From Alphaproteobacteria bacterium (GTDB taxonomy: Bacteria > Pseudomonadota > Alphaproteobacteria > Bin95): a stretch of DNA of 64,000 bases. A model generated the notes under the pieces. That model was given only the letters and a program-made list of their open reading frames with translations, was not told the DNA's origin and did not search any database. A program made the position numbers and the translations under genes. Position 1 is the stretch's first letter. Every line of letters begins with the position of its first letter. The stretch spans positions 4,320,001 to 4,384,000 of the forward strand of contig CBDBGH010000003.1 of the NCBI GenBank assembly GCA_965205265.1. The letters run 5' to 3'. This document shows positions 30,611 to 41,093 of the stretch, in pieces.

Positions 30611-31012
30611 AGCCCGAAGAGGAACCTGCCTGCCATGGCCGACGACAAGAAATCCCGCCCGGGCCTGATGACCCGGCTCAGGAACATCTCCCCCCGCACC
30701 AGCCTGAAATGGGCAGCCGGTATTGCCTTGCTGCTTCTCGCCAACGCCTCGTTCTCCATCATCGAGGAAGGGCATGTCGGCGTCGTCAAGCGATGGGGCA
30801 AGGCCGTCGTCCAGCTCGACCCGGGCTTCCACTTCAAGCTGCCGGTCGCCGAGACGGTCGAGCATATCGAGGTCCGTCAGCGTACCAATATCGAGTTCCT
30901 GAGCGCCGCCACGCAGGACCAGCTTCCGATCACCGCCACCGTCAGCGTCAACTGGACCGTCAATCGCGAATCGGCCATGGCGCTGTTCATTGCCTATAGC
31001 GGGCTCGATCAG

Positions 31013-31146
31013 TTCGAGGCCCGTATCCTCGACCCGAAACAGCGTTCGGCGGCCAAGGCGGCGCTGTCGATGTTCCCGGCCGACCGGATGATCCGCAATC
31101 GCCAGAAGGCCGTCGCCGCGATCATGACCGGCATGACAGCCGAATT
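31013..31146 (+). repeat. 134-bp target duplication of IS1634 copy 2, left copy
   Basis: TTCGAGGCCC...GCCGAATT matches 33063-33196. Confidence 0.92.
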
Positions 31147-33062
31147 CCTGACTTCGACGGTTGGGCTGACTTCTGACCGATCTCGCGTCTGGAGTTTTCA
31201 GTAAAGCCAATGAGTTGGCAGTTGCGGTGCGGTCAAGCTGCGTTGTAGTGCCTAGTAAATCTTTGAGACTGTCAATGCCTCCGCCACGCGCTACACTCCC
31301 CCCATGTTCGTGCGCATCAAGACCTCCCCCAACAGCCCGCGACGCTCGGTCCAGATCGTCGAGGCCGTGCGCGACGGCGGCAAGGTCCGACAGCGCATCG
31401 TCCGCCATGTCGGCGTGGCCATGGACGAGGACGAGCTCGAGCGCCTGAGGCAGCTCGGCGAGTACGTCAAGGCGAAGCTGGAGGACGAGCGTCAGCCGGC
31501 ATTGTTTGCGCCCGAGAAGATCGCTGAGCAGGCGATCCGTGTCGGCCGCCGGGGGGACGGCAAGGAGGAACTCCCGGTCGACCTCAAGCAGCTTGAAGAG
31601 GAGCAGCGCCTGATCACAGGCATCCACGAGGTCTATGGCGAGATCTACCGGCTGCTGGGCCTCGACGCGCTGCTGCCGCGCTCGCGCTACCGGGCCTCCC
31701 ATGACGCGCTGTTCCATGTGGTGATGGCGCGGGTAGCCAACCCCGACAGCAAGCGGGGCAGCGTGCGCCGGCTCGAGGAGGACTTCGGCGTGAGTCTTCC
31801 GCTCGAGAAGGTCTACCGGATGATGGATCAGCTCGACGCGACGGTGATCGAGCGACTGCGCACGCGCGTCGGCGAGGCGAGCCGGTCGCTGCTGCCGGAG
31901 CCGGTCGCGATCCTCTTCTTCGATTGCACCACGCTCTACTTCGAGACGGCCGCCGAGGACGAGCTTCGCCAGCACGGCTTCAGCAAGGACGGCAAACACA
32001 AGGACTCGCAGGTTCTGCTGGCGCTGATGGTGACGCGCGAAGGGCTGCCGATCAGCTACGAGGTCTTCCCCGGCGCCACCTACGAGGGACACAGCATGGT
32101 CCCGGTCCTGCAGGACATGCAGCGCCGCCACCAGGTGGAGCGCACGGTATGCGTGGCCGACCGGGGCATGCTGAGCGCCGACAACCTCGACGCCATGGAC
32201 GCCATCGGCGGCGAGTATGTCGTCGGCGCGCGGCTGCGCAAGCTGCCGCTCGCGCTGCTGGGGCAGGTTCTCGACCCCGGGACCTATGCCCCGCTGGAGG
32301 GCTCACAGGACCGCCGGGTCGGCGAGTGGGAGTACAAGGGCCGTCGCCTGATCGTCGTCTTCTGCCCCCAGCGCGCACGCAAGGACGCGCACGAGCGCCG
32401 CCATCAGGTGGAACGCCTGCTCGACAGGCTGGCCCGCAGCGACAATCCCAGGGAACTGCTCTCCAATCACGGGGCGAAGCGCTTCATCGCCGTCGAGGGC
32501 GACGCACGGCTCACGGTGAACCCGGAGAAGATCGCCGAGGCCGCACGATGGGACGGGCTCACCGGCGTCATCACCAATCTGCGCGACGCGCGCGTCACCG
32601 AAGTGATGGCTCACTACCAGGGGCTCTGGCAGGTCGAGGAGAGCTTCCGGATCACCAAACACGACCTGAAGATACGTCCCATCTGGCACTGGAACCCGGA
32701 CCGGATCCGCGCTCACATCGCCATCGCCTTCCTGGCCTTCGCCTGCGTTCGACACCTTGCGTACCGCGTCGCCATCCAGAAGCGGCGGATGTCCCCGGAG
32801 GTCATCCGCTCCGCCCTCGTCCACCGCCAGTGCTCCCTGCTGCGCTGTCGGCAATCGGGCAACCGCTACGTCATCCCCTCGAAGCCGACACCGGCGGCGG
32901 AGCAGATTTACGCAACCATGGGGCTGCCCCTGACGATCACCCCGTATCAACTCGCCTGACCGTCGACGAAGCACGGCTCGAAGAAATGCCGGATGTAGTG
33001 CCTAGCCGAAATGAGAACCAGGCAATATCAACTACTTATGCGAATCAACCGTCGAAGTCAGG
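31147..33062 (+). mobile_element. IS1634-family element, copy 2
   Basis: Same IRs, length and transposase as 19994-21909. Confidence 0.93.
31304..32959 (+). CDS. IS1634 family transposase
   Basis: 551-aa translation appears identical to 20151-21806. Confidence 0.93.
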   Translation: MFVRIKTSPNSPRRSVQIVEAVRDGGKVRQRIVRHVGVAMDEDELERLRQLGEYVKAKLEDERQPALFAPEKIAEQAIRVGRRGDGKEELPVDLKQLEEEQRLITGIHEVYGEIYRLLGLDALLPRSRYRASHDALFHVVMARVANPDSKRGSVRRLEEDFGVSLPLEKVYRMMDQLDATVIERLRTRVGEASRSLLPEPVAILFFDCTTLYFETAAEDELRQHGFSKDGKHKDSQVLLALMVTREGLPISYEVFPGATYEGHSMVPVLQDMQRRHQVERTVCVADRGMLSADNLDAMDAIGGEYVVGARLRKLPLALLGQVLDPGTYAPLEGSQDRRVGEWEYKGRRLIVVFCPQRARKDAHERRHQVERLLDRLARSDNPRELLSNHGAKRFIAVEGDARLTVNPEKIAEAARWDGLTGVITNLRDARVTEVMAHYQGLWQVEESFRITKHDLKIRPIWHWNPDRIRAHIAIAFLAFACVRHLAYRVAIQKRRMSPEVIRSALVHRQCSLLRCRQSGNRYVIPSKPTPAAEQIYATMGLPLTITPYQLA

Positions 33063-33196
33063 TTCGAGGCCCGTATCCTCGACCCGAAACAGCGTTCGGC
33101 GGCCAAGGCGGCGCTGTCGATGTTCCCGGCCGACCGGATGATCCGCAATCGCCAGAAGGCCGTCGCCGCGATCATGACCGGCATGACAGCCGAATT
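33063..33196 (+). repeat. 134-bp target duplication of IS1634 copy 2, right copy
   Basis: Matches 31013-31146. Confidence 0.92.
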
Positions 33197-33832
33197 GGAT
33201 GGCTTTCCGATCACCATCAACTCGCCGCAGATCGAGAATATCAGGCTACCGAAGGAATATGCCGAGGCGGTGCTGGAGAAGGAGCGTTCGCGCGAGAACG
33301 CCGAACGCGAAAAGCATGCGCTGGAGCGCCAGCGGCTAACTGCGCTGCAGGCGGTCAACACCGCCGAGGCTGACGCCCGGGCCAAGCGCATCGAGGCTGA
33401 GGCCGAAGCGTTCCGCGTAACGAGGGAGGCAGAAGCCGAGGCGGAGGCGATCCGGCTGGTGAACGAGCAGCTCGCCCGCTCGCCCCGCTATATCGAACTC
33501 ACCCGGGCCAAGCGCTGGAACGGCGTCCTGCCGACCACCGTGCTGAACGAGGGCGCGACGCCCCTGCTGTCGCTCAAATAACGCCCCAATCACGTGAGGC
33601 CAAGTCCCGGCGTCCGTACATGATTGTGGGCGCGTCCGGGACGTCTTCGCTTGTCGCCAGGCAGATGGCCCCGACCTGTCAGAATCCGGCTGGATCGATA
33701 TCCGGGCGGGCCGGTCGCTATCGAGCAACATTCTGAACCCGGTAGCCGCAGCCTGTCGCGGTAGATGAATTTCCCCCCGGCCTCGTCCATGCTGTCCGGT
33801 GCTTTGCGGCCAGGGCGAAAGGAGCGGCGGCA

Positions 33833-34960
33833 ATGACCTCGAAGGACAACGGAGGCAACGACCCGTCCCCGCCGGACCGAGCCGGCAACGTTATGGACCT
33901 GCTGATCGGCTGGCGCGCGGGCGGGACAGAGGCGGCGGGTGAACCGGCGGCCGAACGCAATGCCGAGGAAGCCGCCGAACCCGGCGCCGAGGCCGTGTCC
34001 GTTCCAGCTCCCGATCCTGCTGTCGCGACGACGGCGGAACTCGCCGCCGGCCAGCAGCGTATCCTGGGCCTTCTGGAGCAGCTCGCGCCAAAGCAGGCCG
34101 AAGCGACGACCGGCGAGGCCGGAACCGACCTGCAGGAGGCTGCGGCTGCGATCCAGGCGGCGACGGAGTGGGTGAGCGACATCCGCGCGGCGATCGAGAC
34201 CGTGCTGGCCGCGACGGGCAAGTCGATCCAGAACCTGAATGCGGCCGAACAGGGCCTCGGCGAGGAAGCGGCAGCGCTGAAGACCCGCGCCGGGGAGATC
34301 GACGGCCAGGTCGAGGCGCTCAGGTCGGGCGCGCGGGTACTCGGCACTCGGCTCAGGCAGCTGGACGAGGCGCGGCAGAATCTGGATGCGCGCTCTGCCG
34401 AACTCCAGGCGGTGAAGCAGGAGATCGCGAAATACTACGGCGAGTGGACTGCAGCGGCGTTGACCTACCGGCGGGAGATGGCGGGGCTGACGAAGCGCCT
34501 GGACGAGGGCGAGACGCTGGCGGCGCGCGTGGAGCAGTCGATCGACCCCTGGACCGAACGAATCGAGAAGAGCCTCGACGAGAGCGCGAAGGCGCAGAAG
34601 CGGGCTGCGGCGGAGACGTCGGGCAATGTGGAGCGGTTGACCCAGGGCGGCGACGCTTTCCTCGACAAGTTCGGTACAGCGTACAGTGAGGCGCTGGAAG
34701 GATTCCGGGCGGAGTGGCGGCGCACGCGGCGCTGGACCGTACCGGTTCTGGCGTCTGCGCTGATTCTGGCCTTGCCCGGTTTCACTGCGGTGGGAGCGTT
34801 CGGGCAAAGCCAGTTCGGCATTTTCAAGCCCTACGACGACACGGACGGCTGGAAACAGGCCGTGTGGGACTATCAGGGAGAAGACGTAAAGCGGTGCCTG
34901 ATGAGAGCCTCGAAGTCCCCGACGCCGGTCATGTGCAACTTTGAGGTCGACTGGCCATGA
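33833..34960 (+). CDS. coiled-coil protein with C-terminal TM segment (relaxase-associated, function unknown)
   Basis: AAGGAG RBS; long Ala/Glu heptad region; hydrophobic VPVLASALILALPGF near the C-terminus. Confidence 0.75.
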   Translation: MTSKDNGGNDPSPPDRAGNVMDLLIGWRAGGTEAAGEPAAERNAEEAAEPGAEAVSVPAPDPAVATTAELAAGQQRILGLLEQLAPKQAEATTGEAGTDLQEAAAAIQAATEWVSDIRAAIETVLAATGKSIQNLNAAEQGLGEEAAALKTRAGEIDGQVEALRSGARVLGTRLRQLDEARQNLDARSAELQAVKQEIAKYYGEWTAAALTYRREMAGLTKRLDEGETLAARVEQSIDPWTERIEKSLDESAKAQKRAAAETSGNVERLTQGGDAFLDKFGTAYSEALEGFRAEWRRTRRWTVPVLASALILALPGFTAVGAFGQSQFGIFKPYDDTDGWKQAVWDYQGEDVKRCLMRASKSPTPVMCNFEVDWP

Positions 34961-35013
34961 GCGTTGTTGCCCCGCACGGCAAGTTTGCGGTTCTGTCAGG
35001 CTGATCGAGGCGC

Positions 35014-38000
35014 ATGGTTGCGAACCTGAACGACCTCAGTTCGACCACGATGACGGTCGAGTATTTCGCGGAGGAGGGCTACTACGCGAAGAACGACCCG
35101 CGGCAGCGCCGGGCGAGCTTCTGGCACGGGGGCGCGGCCCGCGCGCTCGGCCTGCCGAAGCATGTCTCGCCGCGCCGTTTCGAGCGCATTCTGCTGGGCT
35201 ACGTGCCGGGCACGGATATCCGGCTCGGTCGGGCGCGTGACGGGGAGCACCAGCACAGGCCGGGCTTCGATCTCACGCTGTCGGCGCCGAAGACGGTCTC
35301 GCTGGAGGCGCTTCTGTATGGCGACCGGCGGGTTCTGGGCGCGCACGATGCGGCGGTGAAGACGACGCTCGACTGGCTGGAAGGGACCCTGCTGCAGACA
35401 CGGTCGTACGATCCCGTGACCCGCCAGCGTCCGCGCGTGGCGGCGAACGGCCTGGTGGCGGCCGGGTTCCGGCACTTGACGAGCCGGGACGAGGACCCTC
35501 AGCTGCACACGCACTGCATCATCGCCAACATGACGCGCAACCGTTCGGGCGAATGGCGAAGCGTCGAGCCGACGGAGATGCGGCGCAATGTGCGGTTGAT
35601 CGGGGCGGTCTACCGCCAGGAGCTGGCGCGGCGCCTGCTGGCGCTCGGGTTCCGGATCGAGTCGACGATGATCGGCGGCGTGCCGGGGTTCGAGATCGCG
35701 GGCTACGGGCGGGAGTTCGTGGACGCGTTCTCGTCCAGGCGGCGCGAGATCCTGGCGTGGCTGGACGAGCACGGGCTGCCCTGGAGCGCGGCGCTGACGC
35801 AGCAGGCGGCGCTCATCACCCGCAAGAAGAAGACGGACAAGGACATCGACGATCTGAGGGCGGAGTGGAAGGCGCGGGTCGAACGGCTCGGGCTTGTCCG
35901 GGACCGCAGCGTCGCGAAGCCGGGCCTTGGTCGCAGGGCGCAGGCAACGCAGAAGGCGGCGCGCAAGGCCGGGCGTCCCTATGTGCGCACGGCGGAGGAG
36001 CTCAGGCCCGAGCCGCCGGGGCTGAGTGCGCGGGAAGTGGTCTGGCGCGCGGTGGAACATCTTGCCGAGCGCGCCTCGGTCATCCGGGAAACCGACATAA
36101 GGGCGCTCGCGCTCGGTCACGCGCCCGGCCGGCACGAACTCGGAGATATAGACGCAGCGGTGACGGGGCTGGTTGCCGACGGCCACCTGGTGGAGGCGCA
36201 GGTCCTGGGCGGCCGGTCCTTCGCGACCCGGGAGGCGCTCGGCCTGGAGCGCGCGATCATGGCCCACAGGCGCCGGGCGCTCGGCGCCTCGGAACCGGTG
36301 GCGGAGGAAGGGCTCGTCTCGGGCCGGCTTGCCGAAACGATGCTCACCGAAGGGCAGAAGGAGGCGGTGCGCACGATCCTGTTGTCGCATGACCGCATCG
36401 TCGCGGTGCAGGGCGCGGCAGGCACCGGCAAGACGACCATGCTGAAGGAGGCGCTGGGACTGCTGGGCGAGCGCAAGGCGGTCCTGCTGGCGCCGTCGGC
36501 CGCCGCCGCGCGGGTCCTGCGGGAGGAGACCGGGTCCCGGGCGCGGACGCTGCAATGGTTCCTCACCCGCCATGGCGACCTCGGCAACGCCGCGCGTGTG
36601 GCGCGGGACCGGCAGGAACACGAGGGCTCGGTGCTGGTGCTGGACGAGGCGTCGATGGTCTCGACGGCGGAGATGGAGCTGCTGTTGCGGGTCGCGGAGC
36701 GGCTGCGGGTTGCGCGGCTGGTGCTGGTTGGCGACCGGCGCCAGCTTCGCGCCGTGTCCGCCGGCGAGCCGTTCCGGGCGCTGCAGGAGGCGGGCGTGGC
36801 GACGGCGGAGATGGAGGAGGTCCTGCGCCAGCGCGACCCGGCGCTGAAGGCCGCGGTCGAGCATCTGAAGGAGGGCCGCGCGCGCGAGGCGCTGCAAGGG
36901 CTCGAACATGTGCATGAGGCGCCGCAGCAGGAGCTGGGCGCGGAGGCGGCCCGCATCTGGCTTGCGCTCGATCCCGGCGAGAGGGAGCGGACGGCGATCC
37001 TGGCGCCGACGCATTTCATCCGGGCGGAGATCCACCGGGTCGTGCGGGACGGGCTTGCGCGCGAGGGTGTGCTGCACGGGCGCGAGCTGGAGATCGAGCG
37101 CTATGTGAACCGGCACCTGACAGCGGCGCAGCGGGCGGACCTGCGCAACCACGAGCCGGGCGACATCGTGCTGTTCCATTCGCGCGTGGCGCCGCTGCGG
37201 GTCGAGAAGGGCGACGCCTGCCGGGTGATGCGCACGGAGGGGGAGCTCGTCTTCCTGGAGCACCCGACGGGGCGCACCTTGCACATCCGGCCGGGCGACA
37301 ACTGGGTGCGCTACCGGTTCGGGCTCTACGAGACGGCGCGCATCCGCATCCGGGCGGGCGACCGCATCCGCTGGACGATGAACGATGAGCCGCGCGGACT
37401 CGTGAACGGCGGCGAGGCGGTCGTGCGGGAGATCGGCCCGCGCCGGGTGAAGTTCGATCTCGGCGACGGCAAGACGCTGTCGCTCGCCCGCACCGACCCG
37501 CAGCTTCGCCATATCGACCATGCCTGGAGCACGACCGTGCATGCGGCGCAGGGCATGACCCGCGATCGCGCGATCGGCGTGCTCGACACGGGACACGGGG
37601 CATTGACCGGCCAGGCGGGCCTCTATGTGGAGGTGAGCCGGGCCAGGGACCAGTTCGTGCTGGTGACCAACGACCGCGAGCGGCTGGAAGAGGTTCTGGA
37701 AGCGAATGACGGCGCGCGCATGACGGCGCTGGAGGCGGTGGGCGAGGGGGAGGACCCGCCGCCGGGCGCGCCTGCCGCAGCGCTTGCGATGCTGCGCGGG
37801 CTGGAGGCGGACTGGCGCCGGCTCGTCGTCCAAGCGGAAACACAAGGTCGGGAACTCACCCGCATGGAAGACTATGCCCGCATCGTCACCGGCGCGGCGA
37901 TGCTGGCGGAGGACATGGCGCTTCCCGCGGACCTGCGGGCGTTCGTGGAGGAGGTCCGGCGCCGGGACGCGCAGGCGATTGCGGAGCGCAAGCGCGGGTT

Positions 38001-40251
38001 CGCGTTCCTGCGCAGGGCCGAGATGCACTGCCGAGGCTGGCCGCTGCTGAAATGGGCGGCAGCAAAGCGCGGGCATTCGCTCGCCGCGCTACCGGAGCAT
38101 GCGGCCTGGCTGGCCGACGGCGAGGCGCTTGCCGGGACGGGAGAGCGGCTTCGGGCGGCGAGCGGCAGGAGCGTCGCCGGAAGGATTGCATCCGCGCTCC
38201 GGCGCCTGGAGCGCAGCCGCGAGGTGGACGAGGCGGAGCGGTTCCGGGAGGCCGCGGCGCGGCACGAGGCTGGCGCGCGGGCGGCGGGCCTCGATCCCCG
38301 CGAGGCGGCCGGTGCCAGGGCGCTGGCGCAATGGGCGGGACGGCTCCGGGGCCGGGAGATACCGGAGGCCGTGCGTCCGACCGTCGAGGCTTGGTGTGAG
38401 GCGGCCAGGGAACCCGTGCCTGCTTCCGAAACGCGCCGCCGGGAAACCTCTCCGACGCCCGACGACAGGAAGGCCGCGCTGCAGATCGAGCTGTTCCTGG
38501 CGGATTGCGACGGTCTCCTGTTCGAGGCCAGCCCTGGAGCCGCGGAACTGCCAGCCGGCGCCGGACAACCGGTCCCCTGGAACGATCGGGCGGAGATGCT
38601 TCGCCGGCAGGGGCTCCGCATGCTGGGCGAGGGACCGGGCGCCTGGCTCGACGATCCGCTGCGTATCCGCCTTGCGCGTGTCGAGGCAGACCGCGTGCGG
38701 GTCCGCGAAGCCGTTGACAGGATCGCAGAGGCAGCGCTGCAGCGCCGCTCGGAGGAGTTCATGGCGCTTGGACGCCTCGTCCGGCGGCGCTACCGGGAGG
38801 CGAAGTCCGATCCGGTCGACGTCGAGGAATGGGCCGCGCTCCGGGACCGGGCGGAGGCGCTGCGCGGCGAGCCCGGCCTGTCGCCGTCGGTGGAACGCGC
38901 CGTGCGCTGGGTGCGGGAGCGGGACGCCCGCGCCAGGGCCGAGACCCGGCCGGTCGCGGCGTTCCTGGAAACCGGCGGCGCGCATCTGCGGCGGCGAGAG
39001 GCAATCGAGGAGACGGCCCGGTCGCGGGGCGTCGCGCCCGTAACGCTGGAGGAAACGGCGGCCTGGCGGGACGGCTGCGCCGGTATCCGCGGCGCCGGGC
39101 GGCGCCTGCTTGGCGAGACCAGCGGCGATGAGGCGGAGACCCGGGCCGCCCGCCGTCTTGCCGACATGCCCCGTTTGAGAGGCCGGGTACGGGAGGTCCT
39201 GGACCGGCTGGATGCGGCTGAGATGCAGGACCGGAGAGACCGGTTCCATGCGCTTGCGGACGAGGTCGAGGCGCAGGCCGTCGAACGGGACGCGCTGGCG
39301 CTTCATGCCGATGGCTATGCGGGCGCAATGGCGCTCGCGGAGGAACTGCAGAGCTCGGAGGCGCTACCGGAAACGCTCCGGCAGAGGGTCGAGGGCTGGC
39401 TCTCCCGCGACCGCCAGTGGCAGGAGGAGCTGGCGTCGGTCGCCCGGCTTGCGGGCGCGACCGCGAAATCGGCCAATCCGGCCGCGCGCCGCGAGGCTGC
39501 TGGCCGGCCTGCGGTGGCGGAGGCCATACGCCGCGAGACCGCCCGGCTCGCGCGTCTGCCGGAACCCGGGCGCACGATTCGCTGGACCGGGGAGGAGCCG
39601 CTCGTTCCGGGCGACCGGGTCCGCATCGCCGAGGGCGCGCACATGGTCGAGGCCGTCGTAATCTCCGCAGGAGCGGCAGGCGGCATACGCCCCGACGATG
39701 CGATACGGCTGCTGATCCTGTGGCCCGGGGCTGCGGGAGCGCCGCCCCGGGCCGGAGTCGTCATTCCCTATGATGCCGGGTATCTCGCCAAGTCCGGTTG
39801 CGTCCGCGCCGCCTGGGCCGATGAGGGACTACGGGAGCTGGAGCTGGCCCGGCATGTGTCCGTGCCATCGGCCTTCTGCCGCCTGCCCTGCGACGAACCG
39901 GTCCGCGGCGACCGCATCGCCTGGACCGAGACCGCCGGGGAGGATGGCCAGGTCCGCACCATCGAGGCCAGGGTGACGGCGCGGGCCAACGACATCCTCT
40001 ACGGCAGCGCCAGGCTGGAACTTGAAGCTCTCGAAGCCGCCGGTCCCGACGCACCCGAGCCGGGCAGTGGTATCGAGAGGACGGCCGCCGCCGTCGCCGC
40101 CCGTGGCTGCTTCCGCGCCGAGTGGGGCGACGAAGCGCGCCGCGAGCGCATACTCAACCCGCCAAAGCCCGTCCAGGCGCCGCGGCAGGCGCAGCAACAG
40201 GAGCAGACACAGCGCATCGACCGCTCTGAAGGTGGCGGTTTGCGCATGTGA
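35014..40251 (+). CDS. MobF (TrwC/TraI-like) relaxase-helicase with long C-terminal extension
   Basis: EGYYA, FDLTLSAPK.VS, H..SR..DPQLHTH, FSSRR motifs; helicase GAAGTGKT, LDEASM, GD..QL, TVHAAQG. Confidence 0.93.
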   Translation: MVANLNDLSSTTMTVEYFAEEGYYAKNDPRQRRASFWHGGAARALGLPKHVSPRRFERILLGYVPGTDIRLGRARDGEHQHRPGFDLTLSAPKTVSLEALLYGDRRVLGAHDAAVKTTLDWLEGTLLQTRSYDPVTRQRPRVAANGLVAAGFRHLTSRDEDPQLHTHCIIANMTRNRSGEWRSVEPTEMRRNVRLIGAVYRQELARRLLALGFRIESTMIGGVPGFEIAGYGREFVDAFSSRRREILAWLDEHGLPWSAALTQQAALITRKKKTDKDIDDLRAEWKARVERLGLVRDRSVAKPGLGRRAQATQKAARKAGRPYVRTAEELRPEPPGLSAREVVWRAVEHLAERASVIRETDIRALALGHAPGRHELGDIDAAVTGLVADGHLVEAQVLGGRSFATREALGLERAIMAHRRRALGASEPVAEEGLVSGRLAETMLTEGQKEAVRTILLSHDRIVAVQGAAGTGKTTMLKEALGLLGERKAVLLAPSAAAARVLREETGSRARTLQWFLTRHGDLGNAARVARDRQEHEGSVLVLDEASMVSTAEMELLLRVAERLRVARLVLVGDRRQLRAVSAGEPFRALQEAGVATAEMEEVLRQRDPALKAAVEHLKEGRAREALQGLEHVHEAPQQELGAEAARIWLALDPGERERTAILAPTHFIRAEIHRVVRDGLAREGVLHGRELEIERYVNRHLTAAQRADLRNHEPGDIVLFHSRVAPLRVEKGDACRVMRTEGELVFLEHPTGRTLHIRPGDNWVRYRFGLYETARIRIRAGDRIRWTMNDEPRGLVNGGEAVVREIGPRRVKFDLGDGKTLSLARTDPQLRHIDHAWSTTVHAAQGMTRDRAIGVLDTGHGALTGQAGLYVEVSRARDQFVLVTNDRERLEEVLEANDGARMTALEAVGEGEDPPPGAPAAALAMLRGLEADWRRLVVQAETQGRELTRMEDYARIVTGAAMLAEDMALPADLRAFVEEVRRRDAQAIAERKRGFAFLRRAEMHCRGWPLLKWAAAKRGHSLAALPEHAAWLADGEALAGTGERLRAASGRSVAGRIASALRRLERSREVDEAERFREAAARHEAGARAAGLDPREAAGARALAQWAGRLRGREIPEAVRPTVEAWCEAAREPVPASETRRRETSPTPDDRKAALQIELFLADCDGLLFEASPGAAELPAGAGQPVPWNDRAEMLRRQGLRMLGEGPGAWLDDPLRIRLARVEADRVRVREAVDRIAEAALQRRSEEFMALGRLVRRRYREAKSDPVDVEEWAALRDRAEALRGEPGLSPSVERAVRWVRERDARARAETRPVAAFLETGGAHLRRREAIEETARSRGVAPVTLEETAAWRDGCAGIRGAGRRLLGETSGDEAETRAARRLADMPRLRGRVREVLDRLDAAEMQDRRDRFHALADEVEAQAVERDALALHADGYAGAMALAEELQSSEALPETLRQRVEGWLSRDRQWQEELASVARLAGATAKSANPAARREAAGRPAVAEAIRRETARLARLPEPGRTIRWTGEEPLVPGDRVRIAEGAHMVEAVVISAGAAGGIRPDDAIRLLILWPGAAGAPPRAGVVIPYDAGYLAKSGCVRAAWADEGLRELELARHVSVPSAFCRLPCDEPVRGDRIAWTETAGEDGQVRTIEARVTARANDILYGSARLELEALEAAGPDAPEPGSGIERTAAAVAARGCFRAEWGDEARRERILNPPKPVQAPRQAQQQEQTQRIDRSEGGGLRM

Positions 40252-40572
40252 AGGCGCGTATTTAAGAGGATTATGTCGGGTAGTGCCCAAATGGGCTGAA
40301 ATTCAACCCGGAGGCTGGCTTGGTTTCCGGGCTTCTTTCTCCGGCACCCATTTGCCGTCTTGCCAGTATTCCAGTTCACCGGGTCGGGCACCATGACGCA
40401 CTCTTACAGCGGGCGCGTTCAAATCAGGCTCTCCGGGCGGGGTCCTCGGCTTGTCCTTGTTCTCGCCTATTTTCATCGAGATGGTAGTCTCCTTAGAGCC
40501 TGACCCGAAAAGAGTTGAGCGGTTTCAAGGGTTTGTGATTCAGTTCGTTTGGAAGCCGAACGGAGATCACGG

Positions 40573-41003
40573 ATGCCCTGGACCGAAACCGCTCGCCGAG
40601 AGTATCGGCGGGATTGCCCGCGCTATGCAAGCGATGTGACTGATGGTGAATGGGCTTTGATCGAGCCCTTCATGCCGTCGCCCTGCGGTATCGGCCGCCC
40701 GCGCAAGACCGATCTGCGCGAGGTCGTGAACGCGGTGCTGTATATGGCCTCGACGGGATGCCAGTGGCGCCAGTTGCCGAAGGACTTCCCGCCGGTCTCG
40801 ACGGTGCAGCGCTATTTCTACCAGTGGCGTGACAGCAGGCTGTGGCAGACGATCCGGTTCCATCTGGCCGTGCAGGCACGCGAGCGCGAGGGGCGCGAGG
40901 CCCAGCCGAGTGCGGGCGTGATCGACAGCCAGACGGTGAAAACCACCGAGGCGGGCGGGGTCAGCGGCTATGACGGTGGAAAGAAGATCAAGGGCCGCAA
41001 GCG
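40573..41003 (+). pseudogene. IS5 transposase, N-terminal part
   Basis: YASDVTD.EW, GRPR, TGCQWR.LP, IDSQ.VK, GYDGGKKIKGRKR; cut by IS66. Confidence 0.9.
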
Positions 41004-41093
41004 GTAAGCATCCGACAAGGGCCGCAGGGTATGTCGGTTTGAGTTTGTCGGCGGCGCGCGGCTGATCGGGACGGATCAGGTGAGCTTGTCTGG

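Larger units (their letters stand above)
30635..33581 (+). pseudogene. SPFH/prohibitin-family membrane protein split by IS1634
   Basis: TM helix plus EEGHVGVVKRWG, PGFHFKLP motifs; 30635-31146 joined to 33197-33581 gives an open 298-aa frame ending RWNGVLP. Confidence 0.88.

Noticed and set aside
19994-33062. Composite transposon formed by the two IS1634 copies
   Set aside because: Each copy has its own target duplication, so they are independent insertions; the outer flanks do not match.
33582-33832. oriT upstream of the relaxase operon
   Set aside because: Only an imperfect GC-rich hairpin; no recognisable MobF nic sequence.
34996-38076. Long antisense ORFs (1026 aa here; also 8718-10841, 29903-32131, 58496-60781)
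   Set aside because: Shadow frames of real genes in GC-rich DNA, with no motifs or RBS.
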